A DNA stretch of 64,000 nucleotides from an uncultured Verrucomicrobiae bacterium. Its GTDB lineage: Bacteria; Verrucomicrobiota; Verrucomicrobiia; Limisphaerales; Palsa-1400. The notes under the pieces are model-generated. The model was not told where the DNA came from. It made no database searches and saw only the letters and a program-made list of their open reading frames with translations. Every line of letters starts with the position of its first letter. Positions within the stretch are counted from its first letter, which is position 1. The position numbers were made by a program, and so were the translations under genes. Positions 52,805-62,925 of the stretch are shown one piece after another. The stretch spans positions 224,001 to 288,000 of the forward strand of contig OY969763.1 of assembly GCA_963702845.1 (NCBI GenBank). Direction: 5' to 3'.

Positions 52805-54937
52805 ATGAATACCGTCGTTCCAATCCTCTTCGCGGCCATACGCGCCGGGGGATTCGATGCGCTAATGGCCGCTGCTCTCTTGATGGTGGTCGTGGCGGTG
52901 ATCGTCGTTTGGTGGGCGAATCGAGCGGTGAGCGGCGCCGCGCGGGCCATCTATGAAAGTGAGGGGCGGGCGCGCCGGCAGCTTTCAGAGTTGGAAGCAA
53001 TCTATCGGACGAATACGGACATCACGGAACGCAACCGCGCGGACCTGGTATTGCAGCAAGGTGATTTGACGCAAGAACGTACGGCCGCAGCTGCGTTGAG
53101 GCAAAGTGAACAACGTTACCGGGAGTTGTTTAATTCCATCGATGAAGGGTTCTGCGTCATTGAGATGATTTTTGACGAGGAGCAACGGCCCGTCGACTAC
53201 AAGTTTGTCGAGGTCAATCCGGCGTTCGCGCGGCAAACCGGACTGGTTGATGCGTGCGGCAAAAGAATGCGCGAGCTGGCGCCCGAACATGAGCAACATT
53301 GGTTCGATATTTACGGGAAGGTGGCGAAGACGGGCGAATCGGTTCGCTTTCAGCAGCATGGAGCCGCTCTGCACCGGTGGTTTGATGTGTATGCCTTTCG
53401 ACTCCGTGACAATGATCGGGTTGCCGTTCTCTTCACTGATGTGACCGAGCGGAAACGTTGGGAGGAAGCGTTGCGAGAGAGTGAAGAGCGATTCCGCACG
53501 CTCAGCGACAACATCGCCCAGCTTTCGTGGATGGCGAACCCGGATGGTTGGATTTTCTGGTACAATAAACGTTGGTACGATTACACGGGCACGACGCTTG
53601 AACAAATGCAGGGATGGGGAAGGGAACGGGTCCACCATCCAGACTACGCCAAGCGGGTGATCGAAAAATGGACCAGTCATCTGAAGAAGGGTACGCCGTG
53701 GGAGGACACGTTCCCATTACGCAGCAAAGACGGGCTTTATCGCTGGTTCTTGTCTCGTGCGTTTCCTATTCGTGATGCACGCGGACAGATTGTCAGGTGG
53801 TTTGGAACCAATACCGACATCACGGAACTAAGGGAGGTGCAGCAGACACTGACCGAACGGGAAGCGGTGTTGAAAGCTGTTACCGGCGAAGCGCACGTCG
53901 GGTTGGTGATGGTGGACAAAGACCGACGTTATCTATTTGCGAATCAAACCTACGCCGACATTCTGGGGTTGTCGGACGCCAATATCGTTGGCAAACGAGT
54001 GGCGGACGTTCTTCCGGATTTATACGAGGAACAGGTCAAACCGCGGCTGGATCGGGCGCTGTCCGGGGAACGGCTGACCTATGAGTTGCGGGTTCCGTCT
54101 CATTCCCGAACGGGTCACGAACACTTCTACGAAGTCATTTACGAACCGCGCCGGATTGAGAGCGGTTGCTACGTCGTCGTGGTTATCGTTGATGTGACGG
54201 AACGCAGGAAGGCGCAGGAATTCCTGGAACGGACGGTTGCGGAACGCACCAAGGAACTCAAAGACACCAACGAACAACTTGAAGCGTTCGTGTATTCGAT
54301 TGCTCACGATCTGCGAGCGCCGCTCCGCGCGATGCAGGGTTTCTCGGAACTGCTCCTCGAAGATAAGGGTTCGTTTCCTCCACAGGACGGACAGTTTCTG
54401 GAGCGGATCAGTCGCTCGGCCGACTACATGGACAGAATGCTGCTGGACCTGCTGGCGTTCGGTCGCGCCGCCCGTGCGGAAATCAAGCTCGAACCTATCG
54501 ACACGCAAAAGGTTTGGCAATCGGCAGTCTACCAATGCACGCGGCAAATTGAACAAACACGCGCAGAAATTGAAGTCCTAACACCATTGCTGCCGGTGCG
54601 TGCTCATGAACCGACGCTGACACAGGTGCTGGCAAATCTAATCTGTAACGGAATCAAATTTGTTGAGCCGGGCGTTGTTCCGTGCCTGCGATTTTGGACG
54701 GAAGACCACGGCGACACTGTTCGACTTTGGTTGCAGGACAACGGCATCGGCATCGAGACTCAATATCACGAGCGCATTTTCCGGGTGTTTGAACGATTGG
54801 AAGGGACGAAGTATGCCGGCACGGGTATCGGTCTATCGATCGTCAGAAAAGGTGTGCAGCGAATGAATGGGCAGCTCGGGATTGAATCTGAAGTGGGCAA
54901 GGGCACGCGATTTTGGATTGATCTGCCGAAGCCTTAA
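52805..54937 (+). CDS. PAS-domain sensor histidine kinase
   Basis: Three PAS/PAC domains; AHDLRAPL H-box, NLICNGIKF, DNGIGI, GTGIGL. Confidence 0.93.
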   Translation: MNTVVPILFAAIRAGGFDALMAAALLMVVVAVIVVWWANRAVSGAARAIYESEGRARRQLSELEAIYRTNTDITERNRADLVLQQGDLTQERTAAAALRQSEQRYRELFNSIDEGFCVIEMIFDEEQRPVDYKFVEVNPAFARQTGLVDACGKRMRELAPEHEQHWFDIYGKVAKTGESVRFQQHGAALHRWFDVYAFRLRDNDRVAVLFTDVTERKRWEEALRESEERFRTLSDNIAQLSWMANPDGWIFWYNKRWYDYTGTTLEQMQGWGRERVHHPDYAKRVIEKWTSHLKKGTPWEDTFPLRSKDGLYRWFLSRAFPIRDARGQIVRWFGTNTDITELREVQQTLTEREAVLKAVTGEAHVGLVMVDKDRRYLFANQTYADILGLSDANIVGKRVADVLPDLYEEQVKPRLDRALSGERLTYELRVPSHSRTGHEHFYEVIYEPRRIESGCYVVVVIVDVTERRKAQEFLERTVAERTKELKDTNEQLEAFVYSIAHDLRAPLRAMQGFSELLLEDKGSFPPQDGQFLERISRSADYMDRMLLDLLAFGRAARAEIKLEPIDTQKVWQSAVYQCTRQIEQTRAEIEVLTPLLPVRAHEPTLTQVLANLICNGIKFVEPGVVPCLRFWTEDHGDTVRLWLQDNGIGIETQYHERIFRVFERLEGTKYAGTGIGLSIVRKGVQRMNGQLGIESEVGKGTRFWIDLPKP

Positions 54938-54969
54938 GATGAACCGGCAGGAGTGTCGAGCGCGGGGGT

Positions 54970-55401
54970 TCAGTCGTGGCCGAATTTGTCCTGGAGGAGT
55001 AACTTGAGATAGTGCGCCAGACGGGTGCAATGCGCGTCTTTGACGATGTATTCGGTGGCGCCAAGTTCGCGGGCTCGTGCGATGTTCTGCGGGAGCGCCG
55101 AGGCGGAATGCATAATAACGGGAAGGTTCTCGAATTGTTTTTGGCCGCGAATCCAGCGCAGTGTTTCAAAGCCATTGACGCCCGGTAACTCGGTATCGAG
55201 GACGACGACGTCGGGTTGAGGGAAGGCTTGCGGATTGATGTAGATGCTTTCACCGGTCAACCAGCCGATGACACTCGGGCCGTCGGGGACGACTCGGAAA
55301 TCAACTTGTGCGCCCAATGCCTTTGCCGATTGTTGGCAAAAGAAGGCGTCGTCCGGATTGTCTTCCGCACAGAGAACCACTTTATGTGCTATTCCCGCCA
55401 T
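54970..55401 (-). CDS. Single-domain response regulator
   Basis: AEDNPDD, VVLDTELPGVNG, GATEYIVK. Confidence 0.9.
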   Translation of the reverse strand: MAGIAHKVVLCAEDNPDDAFFCQQSAKALGAQVDFRVVPDGPSVIGWLTGESIYINPQAFPQPDVVVLDTELPGVNGFETLRWIRGQKQFENLPVIMHSASALPQNIARARELGATEYIVKDAHCTRLAHYLKLLLQDKFGHD

Positions 55402-56056
55402 AGTTGCGATAATTGCTCTGAACCGTGGGCTTTAAGGGCGACGACGATACGGGTAAGAAAACGGCAGTGTCAACCAATGAAATGCGGCTGTGCGATGAGT
55501 GGAATGGCGTCAGCCAACTAACGCCAAAGAGGCTAAGACCGGACCAACCTCAGTGGGGGCTGGTTCGGGCCGACTGGGCCTGAACGTATTTTGTGGTTGC
55601 CGAAAGTATTTGACAGTTTGCAATCTGGAGTATTCAATCACGCCACTCCCCATGCCACTGAATCAAAACAGTGTAGCCATGGGTCAGGGAATTGGTATCC
55701 GTGGCCTATTTGAATTGCACGGTGTGTCCGCAACGACACTGGCCGTCGATTTCTGCTCAGTTGTTCCTCCGATCGCTCGAGCGCACTCTTCGCGGACTGA
55801 ACTCGTTTCACCGAGCCAGAGAAAAGGGTTGCTATCGTGCGCAATGACACGACGTTCACCATGGAGAATTTGTGACCGGACGACCGCCATCCATCGCTGG
55901 CCAATAACCCGGTCGCGGTTCTCCACCAGGCTATCCCGTCGAAGCGAGTTCACTGGGAGGTTTGTATCCGCCAGTGCCGTCCCATTTCATTTTTCCTTTG
56001 CGCCGACGTCCGACAACGGCGGCGCGTCCGGAAGGATCGCACGGATGTGCGACCAA

Positions 56057-56097
56057 CCGTCGGCGCTATTGAGACATATAGCGCCGACGGATCTTTT
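56057..56097 (+). terminator. Strong hairpin / probable terminator
   Basis: Perfect 13-bp stem ccgtcggcgctat/atagcgccgacgg followed by atctttt. Confidence 0.6.
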
Positions 56098-56176
56098 GGA
56101 TGCCCATTGAGCATCGCAGCACCGTTGACGGCGGATTGCGGCTTGTCAATCGAACTTAGTTTGGTATGACGCAGGT

Positions 56177-56614
56177 ATGAATTCCTCAAATTGTTGCGAA
56201 AAGTGGGCGCCGTGTGCCCGTGCGGTATTGCGGATTATCGTCGGGCTTTTATTTTTGCAACACGGGACACAAAAGTTGTTTGGATGGCCGATCCCCGGAC
56301 CCGCGCAGTTGAATTCCATGATGGCTTTCGGAGCATGGCTGGAGTTTGTGGGTGGGGTTTTGATGGTGCTTGGATTGTTCACGCGGCCGGTCGCGTTTAT
56401 TTTGTGCGGCGAAATGGCAGTGGCGTTTTGGACGGTCCACTTCAAAACGACTGCGCAATTGCCGCTGGTGAATAAAGGGGAGCTAGCGGTGCTTTATTGT
56501 TTCGTATTCTTCTATTTCATTTTTGCCGGAGCGGGATCGGCGAGTTTGGATAAGTTGATGTGTTGCGGAAGCCGAGGCAAGGGAGGGGACGCGGCTGGCG
56601 TGGGGGGGAAATAA
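56177..56614 (+). CDS. DoxX family membrane protein
   Basis: LRIIVGLLFLQHGTQKLFG, GLFTRPVAFILCGEMAVAF, NKGELAVLYCF. Confidence 0.92.
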   Translation: MNSSNCCEKWAPCARAVLRIIVGLLFLQHGTQKLFGWPIPGPAQLNSMMAFGAWLEFVGGVLMVLGLFTRPVAFILCGEMAVAFWTVHFKTTAQLPLVNKGELAVLYCFVFFYFIFAGAGSASLDKLMCCGSRGKGGDAAGVGGK

Positions 56615-56642
56615 AGACAAGCCGTGAGGCGGTAGATGGGAA

Positions 56643-56674
56643 TAAAAAAAGCGCGAACGGGTTCGTTCGCGCTT
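56643..56674 (-). terminator. Intrinsic terminator
   Basis: aagcgcgaacg/cgttcgcgctt stem with A run. Confidence 0.75.
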
Positions 56675-56717
56675 GGGATTGAACAGCGCGGTGAGCCGCG
56701 CGTTAAACTTTTGTGAT

Positions 56718-57176
56718 TTACGGTTTACCGCCGAATGAGCAGTAATCGTCCAAATCCATCAGGTCGAACCAGGCTTTGATGTCTTCGCGAGTGGAACTGA
56801 ACTTTTTCACAGCATCTGTGAAGTAGGTGGCAGTTTCGACGTCGCTGTCGGGGGTGCGATGTAGGTGATAGTTGTTCCACGCTTCGATTTCCCATGGTTG
56901 ACGCAGCGTTTTTGCATTTTCCTGGACCCAAGCGAGGAGTTCGCCGTCCCCGAGACCTTTGGCGGCCTCTTGTTTGAAAGCTTCGTGATCGATGCCGACG
57001 AAGGTAAAGAAATGTCGGTCCATGCCTTTGCCTGCGTAATGGTAATCGCCGAGTTTCCCGGCAGCGGCAGCGCGGGCTTTGTCGATGATCCGGGGAAACA
57101 TGACGTAACCGCCGAGTTGGCAACGCGGGCTGCGCGGAGGACGTTGGGTGAGGTCGATAGAAAAAGATGTTGGCAT
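56718..57176 (-). CDS. DUF5069-like protein
   Basis: DLTQRPPRSPR..LGGYVMFPRIIDKARA...GKLGDYHY...MD..FF.F.GI. Confidence 0.85.
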   Translation of the reverse strand: MPTSFSIDLTQRPPRSPRCQLGGYVMFPRIIDKARAAAAGKLGDYHYAGKGMDRHFFTFVGIDHEAFKQEAAKGLGDGELLAWVQENAKTLRQPWEIEAWNNYHLHRTPDSDVETATYFTDAVKKFSSTREDIKAWFDLMDLDDYCSFGGKP

Positions 57177-57219
57177 AGGGAACTTGTTTCGTTCAAATCA
57201 GGCGACCTGTCAAATGCGC

Positions 57220-57250
57220 AAAAAAAAGCGCGGACTATTACGTCCGCGCT
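57220..57250 (-). terminator. Intrinsic terminator
   Basis: agcgcggac/gtccgcgct stem with A8 run. Confidence 0.75.
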
Positions 57251-57274
57251 CGAATTGAAATCTTAGGCTTTCAG

Positions 57275-57907
57275 TTAATGATGATGGCCGCCACCGCCGC
57301 CATGCCAACCGCCGCTACCCCAGCCTCCGTGCCCACCGTGCCAACCGCCGCCCCAATGACTACCCCAGCCGAAGCCGAAGTTCAGCGAGACGGGAGCCCC
57401 GTAGTAATATGATCCGCCGTAGTAAGGATAATAAGGATAGCCGTAGGCATATGATGGACTTGAATAAACAACCTGGGGCTGCGTGACCACAGTTGTCGGA
57501 TTCGGCGGATTTACCATGGTGGTCTGCGGTTGCTGCGCGACGGGCTGCTGTTGAACGGGCGCAGGAGTTTCGGCGACCACGACGGTATTGCGCGCTTTGG
57601 TCATCATCGCAGAAATGACATCTTCGGGAACGCCGACGTTGTGCAGGTAAACGATGTCGTCTGCCCTCAGATGAAAGGATAAATCGGCGTTAATTACGTA
57701 GTTCAGCAGCACATCTTTGCTAATCCCAGCCTGCTGAAGCTTAAGCACTTGTGTGATTCCAAAGGCGAGATCAGGCGGTGCGCTTGGCACCGAAGCCGAA
57801 ACGGATGCGACAGGGGTTTGAACCGTTGCCGATGCCGGCTGCGCGGATGCAGCGCAAACTAGCGAAGCGACGATTGCGATTGGAATGAGATATTTTAAAG
57901 TTTTCAT
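57275..57907 (-). CDS. Secreted hypothetical protein with helical domain and Tyr/Gly/His-rich tail
   Basis: Signal peptide; AGISKDVLLNYV...HLRADDIVYLHNVGVPEDVISAM. Confidence 0.75.
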   Translation of the reverse strand: MKTLKYLIPIAIVASLVCAASAQPASATVQTPVASVSASVPSAPPDLAFGITQVLKLQQAGISKDVLLNYVINADLSFHLRADDIVYLHNVGVPEDVISAMMTKARNTVVVAETPAPVQQQPVAQQPQTTMVNPPNPTTVVTQPQVVYSSPSYAYGYPYYPYYGGSYYYGAPVSLNFGFGWGSHWGGGWHGGHGGWGSGGWHGGGGGHHH

Positions 57908-58310
57908 GGGCACGAACGTTACTGAGTTTGACGACAATAAAACCTAATGTATTCGGGGTCGTTTGTGAAGTATCAGGTCAGCAAAACTCCTTATTTAATG
58001 CCCGTTTATTCCGGTTTTGGTATAGGACAATTCCCACAGTGCCCCTACGGTTGCGTGGGGCAAACCCTTACAATTTTTTCGTCGGAACTGTCCCGTTTTT
58101 AGAATTTAGATGTTGCAGCATTTCTAATTATTTGACTATAGTCATCGCTTGCTGGGTAAATTTTCCAGCACACGCATGGGGCCTCCGATTCGGGGAGGCA
58201 AATTGAGACGGATAGACAGGCTAGAGCAGTGGCGTCGCGCCATATAAAAGCCTGTAAAACAAGATATAACGTATTTTATCGCGACCGGTGGATATAACTC
58301 ATCCCGGATC

Positions 58311-58898
58311 ATGCAGCTTGTATCGGAAGCGTGGTATTGCGCACGCACAAAACCAAAACACGAACATCTCGTGGCGGCGAATTTGCGCCAAAACCACGGG
58401 TTGCGTGTTTTCCATCCGCGTTTGCGGTTGGAGCGGTCAACACAAAGAGGAGTTGTGAGGGTGGTGGAATCTCTGTTCCCATGCTACCTCTTCGTCCGAT
58501 GTAACGTGGAACTGAAAGCTGATGATATAAGGTATGTTTCCGGTATGAGCAGCCTGGTGCGATTCGGAGATAAAATTGCGGTCGTGCCGGATGGTGTCAT
58601 TAATGAACTTGCGGAATCCTTCCTGAGCAACGAGCCGTTGGCGGTGGAGGATCAATTGAATAGCGGCACCGAAGTCACCGTCGCAGGTGGGGCATTTATG
58701 GGTTTTAACGGCATTGTATTGCGCGTTTTGCCGGCGAAGCAGCGCGTGCAGGTTTTATTAGATTTTTTGGGCAGGTCTACTGTGGCTGAGGTGGACCGAA
58801 TTAGTTTAAAGACCGATCGGCGTCTTGCCGATCTGGTCCCGACATTGGCGGCGACGGGTTTAATCTCGGTCGCGGCCAGTTTGTCACAACATAAATAG
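58311..58898 (+). CDS. NusG-paralog antiterminator (RfaH/UpxY-like)
   Basis: WYCARTKPKHE, LFPCYLFV, KOW VAGGAFMGFNGIV, RVQVLLDFLGR. Confidence 0.9.
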   Translation: MQLVSEAWYCARTKPKHEHLVAANLRQNHGLRVFHPRLRLERSTQRGVVRVVESLFPCYLFVRCNVELKADDIRYVSGMSSLVRFGDKIAVVPDGVINELAESFLSNEPLAVEDQLNSGTEVTVAGGAFMGFNGIVLRVLPAKQRVQVLLDFLGRSTVAEVDRISLKTDRRLADLVPTLAATGLISVAASLSQHK

Positions 58899-59161
58899 TG
58901 ATTCAGAGGAAAAACGGGGCGACGAGTCGAAAGTTGGAAAACTTAGTGTTTTTCTACAAGTGCGGAGCCTTATCTGAAACAAGTTTCACCGGTTTAGAAA
59001 AAAAGCATTGGGCAGAGACATCAGTTACTTCTATAGACCACTACAGAGAACCTTCAGGGGCAGTTCGCAGGTTCTCAAATCTTCTTACTAACGGAGTTTG
59101 TAGTCCTCGTTTTCTTCGAGGAATTTACATTGTTTTCCCCCTTCAATCCGGAGGTCAATTC

Positions 59162-59934
59162 TTGAATACTTTTCATTCACATATTTCCCAAAACGTTGAT
59201 TCTCAACGGAACTTTGAAGCGGTTCCGCAATGGAAACGGTTTTTGGACATCACAATTATCGTGCTCGCGGCGCCCGTGATTTTGCCCGTCGGCGCACTGA
59301 TTGCGTTGATCATCAAAGTTCTTTCGCCCGGGCCGGTGTTCTTTTATCAGGAACGCGTCGGCCATTTAGAAAAGAAGTTTCGGTGCATCAAGTTTCGGAC
59401 AATGCGGGTGAATGCTGGAACTCAGGTACACGCCGCGCATTTGGCGGACCTCATTTCCTCGAACCAACCGATGACAAAATTGGATACGACCGATTGCGCG
59501 TGTCATTCCATTTGGCCGCGCTGCTGCGAGCGTGCGGTCTGGATGAATTGCCACAAATTTTGAATGTCTTGAAAGGGGAGATGAGTTTGGTCGGCCCGCG
59601 GCCGTGCGTGCCATATGAATTTGAGAAGTATCTGCCGAGGCATCGTGGCCGTTGCGCGACATTGCCGGGTTTGACAGGGCTTTGGCAGGTGAGCGGAAAG
59701 AACCGCACGACTTTTGAAGAGATGATTGATTTAGACCTGGATTATTGCCGGAAGAAATCGTTGTGGATGGATGTGAAAATCATCGCCATGACGATTCCGG
59801 CGATTTTCGTCCAAGTTTGGGACACGCTAAAACGAAAAGCAGCGGCGCGACACGCTCACAACGAGAGCCCACGGGGAGACAAGCGGGCCTGCATAAACCA
59901 AGTGGTCATACACCAATGGTGCATCGGGAAGTGA
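59162..59934 (+). CDS. Priming sugar transferase (WcaJ/WbaP-like; frameshift near 59500)
   Basis: GGAGG RBS + TTG; KRFLDI, PGPVFFYQERVG, KFRTM; then LDELPQILNVLKGEMSLVGPRP, PGLTGLWQV. Confidence 0.88.
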
Positions 59935-60015
59935 CGTCTGAAAAACGGGCAGGCCTCGGAGGTAACGGCTCGTTGGAGCAAAACTAACGAAACTGCATTA
60001 CTAACGAGAGAAATT

Positions 60016-61149
60016 ATGTCAAAACCAATTAAAGTGGGTGTTGTCGGGTGTGGCTATTGGGGCCCGAACCTCATTCGCAATTTCCGGGCGTTGCCGGATT
60101 GCAGCCTGAAGATGATGTGCGACTTGAGCCAGGAGCGGCTGAAGCATCTACGCACGCTTTACCCTGAGGTGAAGGGCGAGACGGATTTTAATCACATGCT
60201 CAACGGCGCGGGGCTGGACGCCGTTGTGATCGCCACCGCGGTCAAATTGCACTTCCCGATGGCGAAGGCTGCGCTGCTGGCCGGCAAACATACTTTCATT
60301 GAAAAGCCGATGGCTTCTTCCTCGGAGCAATGCGCGGAGTTGATCGAGATCGCCGAGAAGAAGGGGCTGACGTTGATGATCGGGCATACGTTCCTTTACT
60401 CTCCGGCGGTGAAGAAGATTAAGGAGATCGTGCGGAACGGGGACATTGGCGACATCCGCTACATTTCGGCGCGCCGATTGAATCTTGGTTTGTTCCAGAA
60501 GGACATCAACGTCGCGTGGGATCTCGCGCCGCATGATTTGTCGATCATCCTGGATATTATGGGTGAGGCGCCGTTGAGCGTCAATTGCCGCGGCAGCGCG
60601 CACGTCACGCCTGGGATTGAGGACGTGACATCGATGTGTTTGACGTTCCGCAATGATCGCTCGGCTCTGGTTCAGAGCAGTTGGCTGGATCCGCGCAAGG
60701 TCCGCGAAATGACGATCGTCGGCAGCAAGCGAATGATCGTTTATGATGATGTCGAGCCGCTGGAAAAAATTCGCATCTTCGACGCGCGCGTGGAACGTCC
60801 ACCGCATTACGATACTTTCGCGGAATTCCACTACGCATATCACTACGGCGACGTTTACGTTCCGTACATCAAGCAGGAAGAGCCGCTGCGCTCGGAATGC
60901 CAGCATTTCCTGGATTGCATCCGCGACGGCAAACAGCCGACCACGAACGGCCGCCAGGGAATGGAACTCGTGAAAATTCTCGAAGCGGCTTCGTTGTCGC
61001 TTGCGGAACGCGGCAGCCCAGTGCGCCTCGCGCACGGCGGCGCGTGGCATGTTCAACGTCCGGCCGGTATCGAACGGGTCAAGCCCGTGGTGCCTGTCAA
61101 CGGCGTCCGTCGCAATGGCGGCGCTCGTAAAGACGTCGACGTCGCTTAA
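60016..61149 (+). CDS. Gfo/Idh/MocA NDP-sugar dehydrogenase (WbpB/WlbA-like)
   Basis: GCGYWG, GKHTFIEKPM, WDLAPHD. Confidence 0.88.
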   Translation: MSKPIKVGVVGCGYWGPNLIRNFRALPDCSLKMMCDLSQERLKHLRTLYPEVKGETDFNHMLNGAGLDAVVIATAVKLHFPMAKAALLAGKHTFIEKPMASSSEQCAELIEIAEKKGLTLMIGHTFLYSPAVKKIKEIVRNGDIGDIRYISARRLNLGLFQKDINVAWDLAPHDLSIILDIMGEAPLSVNCRGSAHVTPGIEDVTSMCLTFRNDRSALVQSSWLDPRKVREMTIVGSKRMIVYDDVEPLEKIRIFDARVERPPHYDTFAEFHYAYHYGDVYVPYIKQEEPLRSECQHFLDCIRDGKQPTTNGRQGMELVKILEAASLSLAERGSPVRLAHGGAWHVQRPAGIERVKPVVPVNGVRRNGGARKDVDVA

Positions 61150-61209
61150 TTGATTCCCCATTTTGGAGGACCGAGTTGCACCCGTGACCCGGTCCTCCGT
61201 CTTTATTTC

Positions 61210-61695
61210 ATGCAAGCTTCCCAGCCAAATCAGCAGATCGCACCAAGCGTAAAGCTCGGTAAAGACGTGCGAATTTTTGGGTTCACCAATCTTTACGGAT
61301 GTGAAATTGGGGACGAATCGAAGGTGGGTACGTTCGTAGAAATTCAAAAAGGCGCGAAGGTCGGCAAGCGCTGCAAGATTTCGAGCCACAGTTTTATTTG
61401 CGAGGGTGTGACGATTGAAGATGAGGTGTTCGTCGGTCACAATGTCACATTCATCAATGATCTTTTTCCGCGCGCGACGAGTGACGGGCAGCTCCAGACG
61501 GAAGCGGATTGGAAGTGCATTCCGACATTGGTGAAGAAGGGCGCGTCGATCGGTTCGAGCGTGACCATCCTTTGCGGAATAACGATCGGAGAAGGCGCAA
61601 TGATCGGTGCGGGGAGCATGGTGACGAAGGATGTTCCAGCGGGCGCGGTGGTGGCGGGCAATCCGGCCAGGGTGGTTCGGCTAGGTAAGAAATAG
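61210..61695 (+). CDS. Hexapeptide N-acetyltransferase (WbpD/WlbB-like)
   Basis: NLYGCEIGD..KVGTFVEIQK, FINDLFPR, AGNPAR. Confidence 0.88.
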   Translation: MQASQPNQQIAPSVKLGKDVRIFGFTNLYGCEIGDESKVGTFVEIQKGAKVGKRCKISSHSFICEGVTIEDEVFVGHNVTFINDLFPRATSDGQLQTEADWKCIPTLVKKGASIGSSVTILCGITIGEGAMIGAGSMVTKDVPAGAVVAGNPARVVRLGKK

Positions 61696-61725
61696 CAGCA
61701 AGTTGAGCATTAATTATTTAAGCAG

Positions 61726-62838
61726 ATGAAAGTTCCATTTTTAGATTTGAAAGCCCATCACGCGCCGATTCGCGAGCAGTTGGATGCCGCGATTGCGGAG
61801 GTGGTGGATTGTGGTGCGTTTGCAGGCGGGCCGTATGTGGCGGCGTTCGAAAAGGATTTTGCGGCTTATTGCGGGACCCAATTCACGGTGGGCGTCGGCA
61901 ACGGCACGGATGCATTGTGGTTCGCGCTGCTCGCGATGGGAGTGGGTGTCGGTGACGAAGTCATCACGGTGCCGAGCACGTTTATGGCGACCGCCGAAGC
62001 GATCAGCTTTACGGGTGCGAAGCCGGTGTTCGTGGATATCTCGGAGGAGACTTACACGATGGACCCGGCGTTGTTGGAACGCGCGATTACGCCGAAAACC
62101 AAAGCGATTGTGCCGGTTCATTTGTTCGGTCAGATCGCGGACATGGACCCGATTTTGGCGATTGCGAAGGCGCATAATATTCCGGTGCTTGAAGATGCCT
62201 GCCAGGCGCATGGCGCTGAATACAAAGGCAAGCGCGCGGGCACTTTGGGCGCGGCTGGTGCGTTTAGTTTTTATCCCGGTAAAAATCTCGGAGCGCTCGG
62301 TGAAGCGGGCGGGACGGTTACGAATGATGCAGCGTTGGCGAAAACGATGCAGGTGTTGCGCGATCATGGTCAGGAAGCCAAATACCATCATTCGCACATT
62401 GGTTGGAACGGTCGCATGGATGGAATCCAGGGCGCGGTCTTGCGTGTGAAACTGAAAAGTTTGGATAAGGGCAATGCGGCCCGACGCGAGCATGCCAAAC
62501 AATACGGGGAATTGCTGGGCGGTTGTGCAGATATCGTGCTGCCGAAGGAAGCCTCCTACGGCAAACATGTTTATCACGTGTATGCGATTCGCGTGAAGAA
62601 CCGGGACGCGGTGCTCAAGGCAATGAACGATCTCGGCATCAGTTGTGGGATTCATTACCCGGTGCCGGTGCATCTTACGAAAGCTTACGCAAGTCTCGGG
62701 CTCGGGCGTGGTTCGTTCCCCGTTGCCGAGAAATGCGCCGATGAATTTTTGTCTTTACCAATGTTTCCAGAATTGACCCGCGAGCAGATTGCTGTCGTCG
62801 CTGAGGTCCTCCAACAGGTGTTGCACAAGGTCAACTGA
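61726..62838 (+). CDS. DegT/DnrJ/EryC1/StrS aminotransferase
   Basis: GNGTDAL, EDACQAHGA, FSFYPGKNLGA. Confidence 0.93.
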   Translation: MKVPFLDLKAHHAPIREQLDAAIAEVVDCGAFAGGPYVAAFEKDFAAYCGTQFTVGVGNGTDALWFALLAMGVGVGDEVITVPSTFMATAEAISFTGAKPVFVDISEETYTMDPALLERAITPKTKAIVPVHLFGQIADMDPILAIAKAHNIPVLEDACQAHGAEYKGKRAGTLGAAGAFSFYPGKNLGALGEAGGTVTNDAALAKTMQVLRDHGQEAKYHHSHIGWNGRMDGIQGAVLRVKLKSLDKGNAARREHAKQYGELLGGCADIVLPKEASYGKHVYHVYAIRVKNRDAVLKAMNDLGISCGIHYPVPVHLTKAYASLGLGRGSFPVAEKCADEFLSLPMFPELTREQIAVVAEVLQQVLHKVN

Positions 62839-62925
62839 GGTTGTGTCGTTCCGGTTATAGCCGGTGCGAACTTTAAAACTCTTCGGTTATTAAACGCTCT
62901 GCCGGGTCAGCCCGGAACTACAAAC

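Noticed and set aside
55555..55928. Possible tmRNA (GGGGGCTG... start and ...CTCCACCA end about 370 nt apart)
   Set aside because: No T-arm (GGTTCRA) precedes the CCA end, the acceptor stem pairs poorly, and the 5' G-run already pairs in a local hairpin (about 55539-55568).
56628..56640. ops-like GGCGGTAG sequence
   Set aside because: Lies after doxX, about 1.7 kb upstream of the NusG paralog and separated from it by opposite-strand genes; not in the operon leader.
58898..59161. N-terminal extension of the sugar transferase from GTG 58898
   Set aside because: No family similarity; a GGAGG RBS with TTG at 59162 gives a more plausible start.
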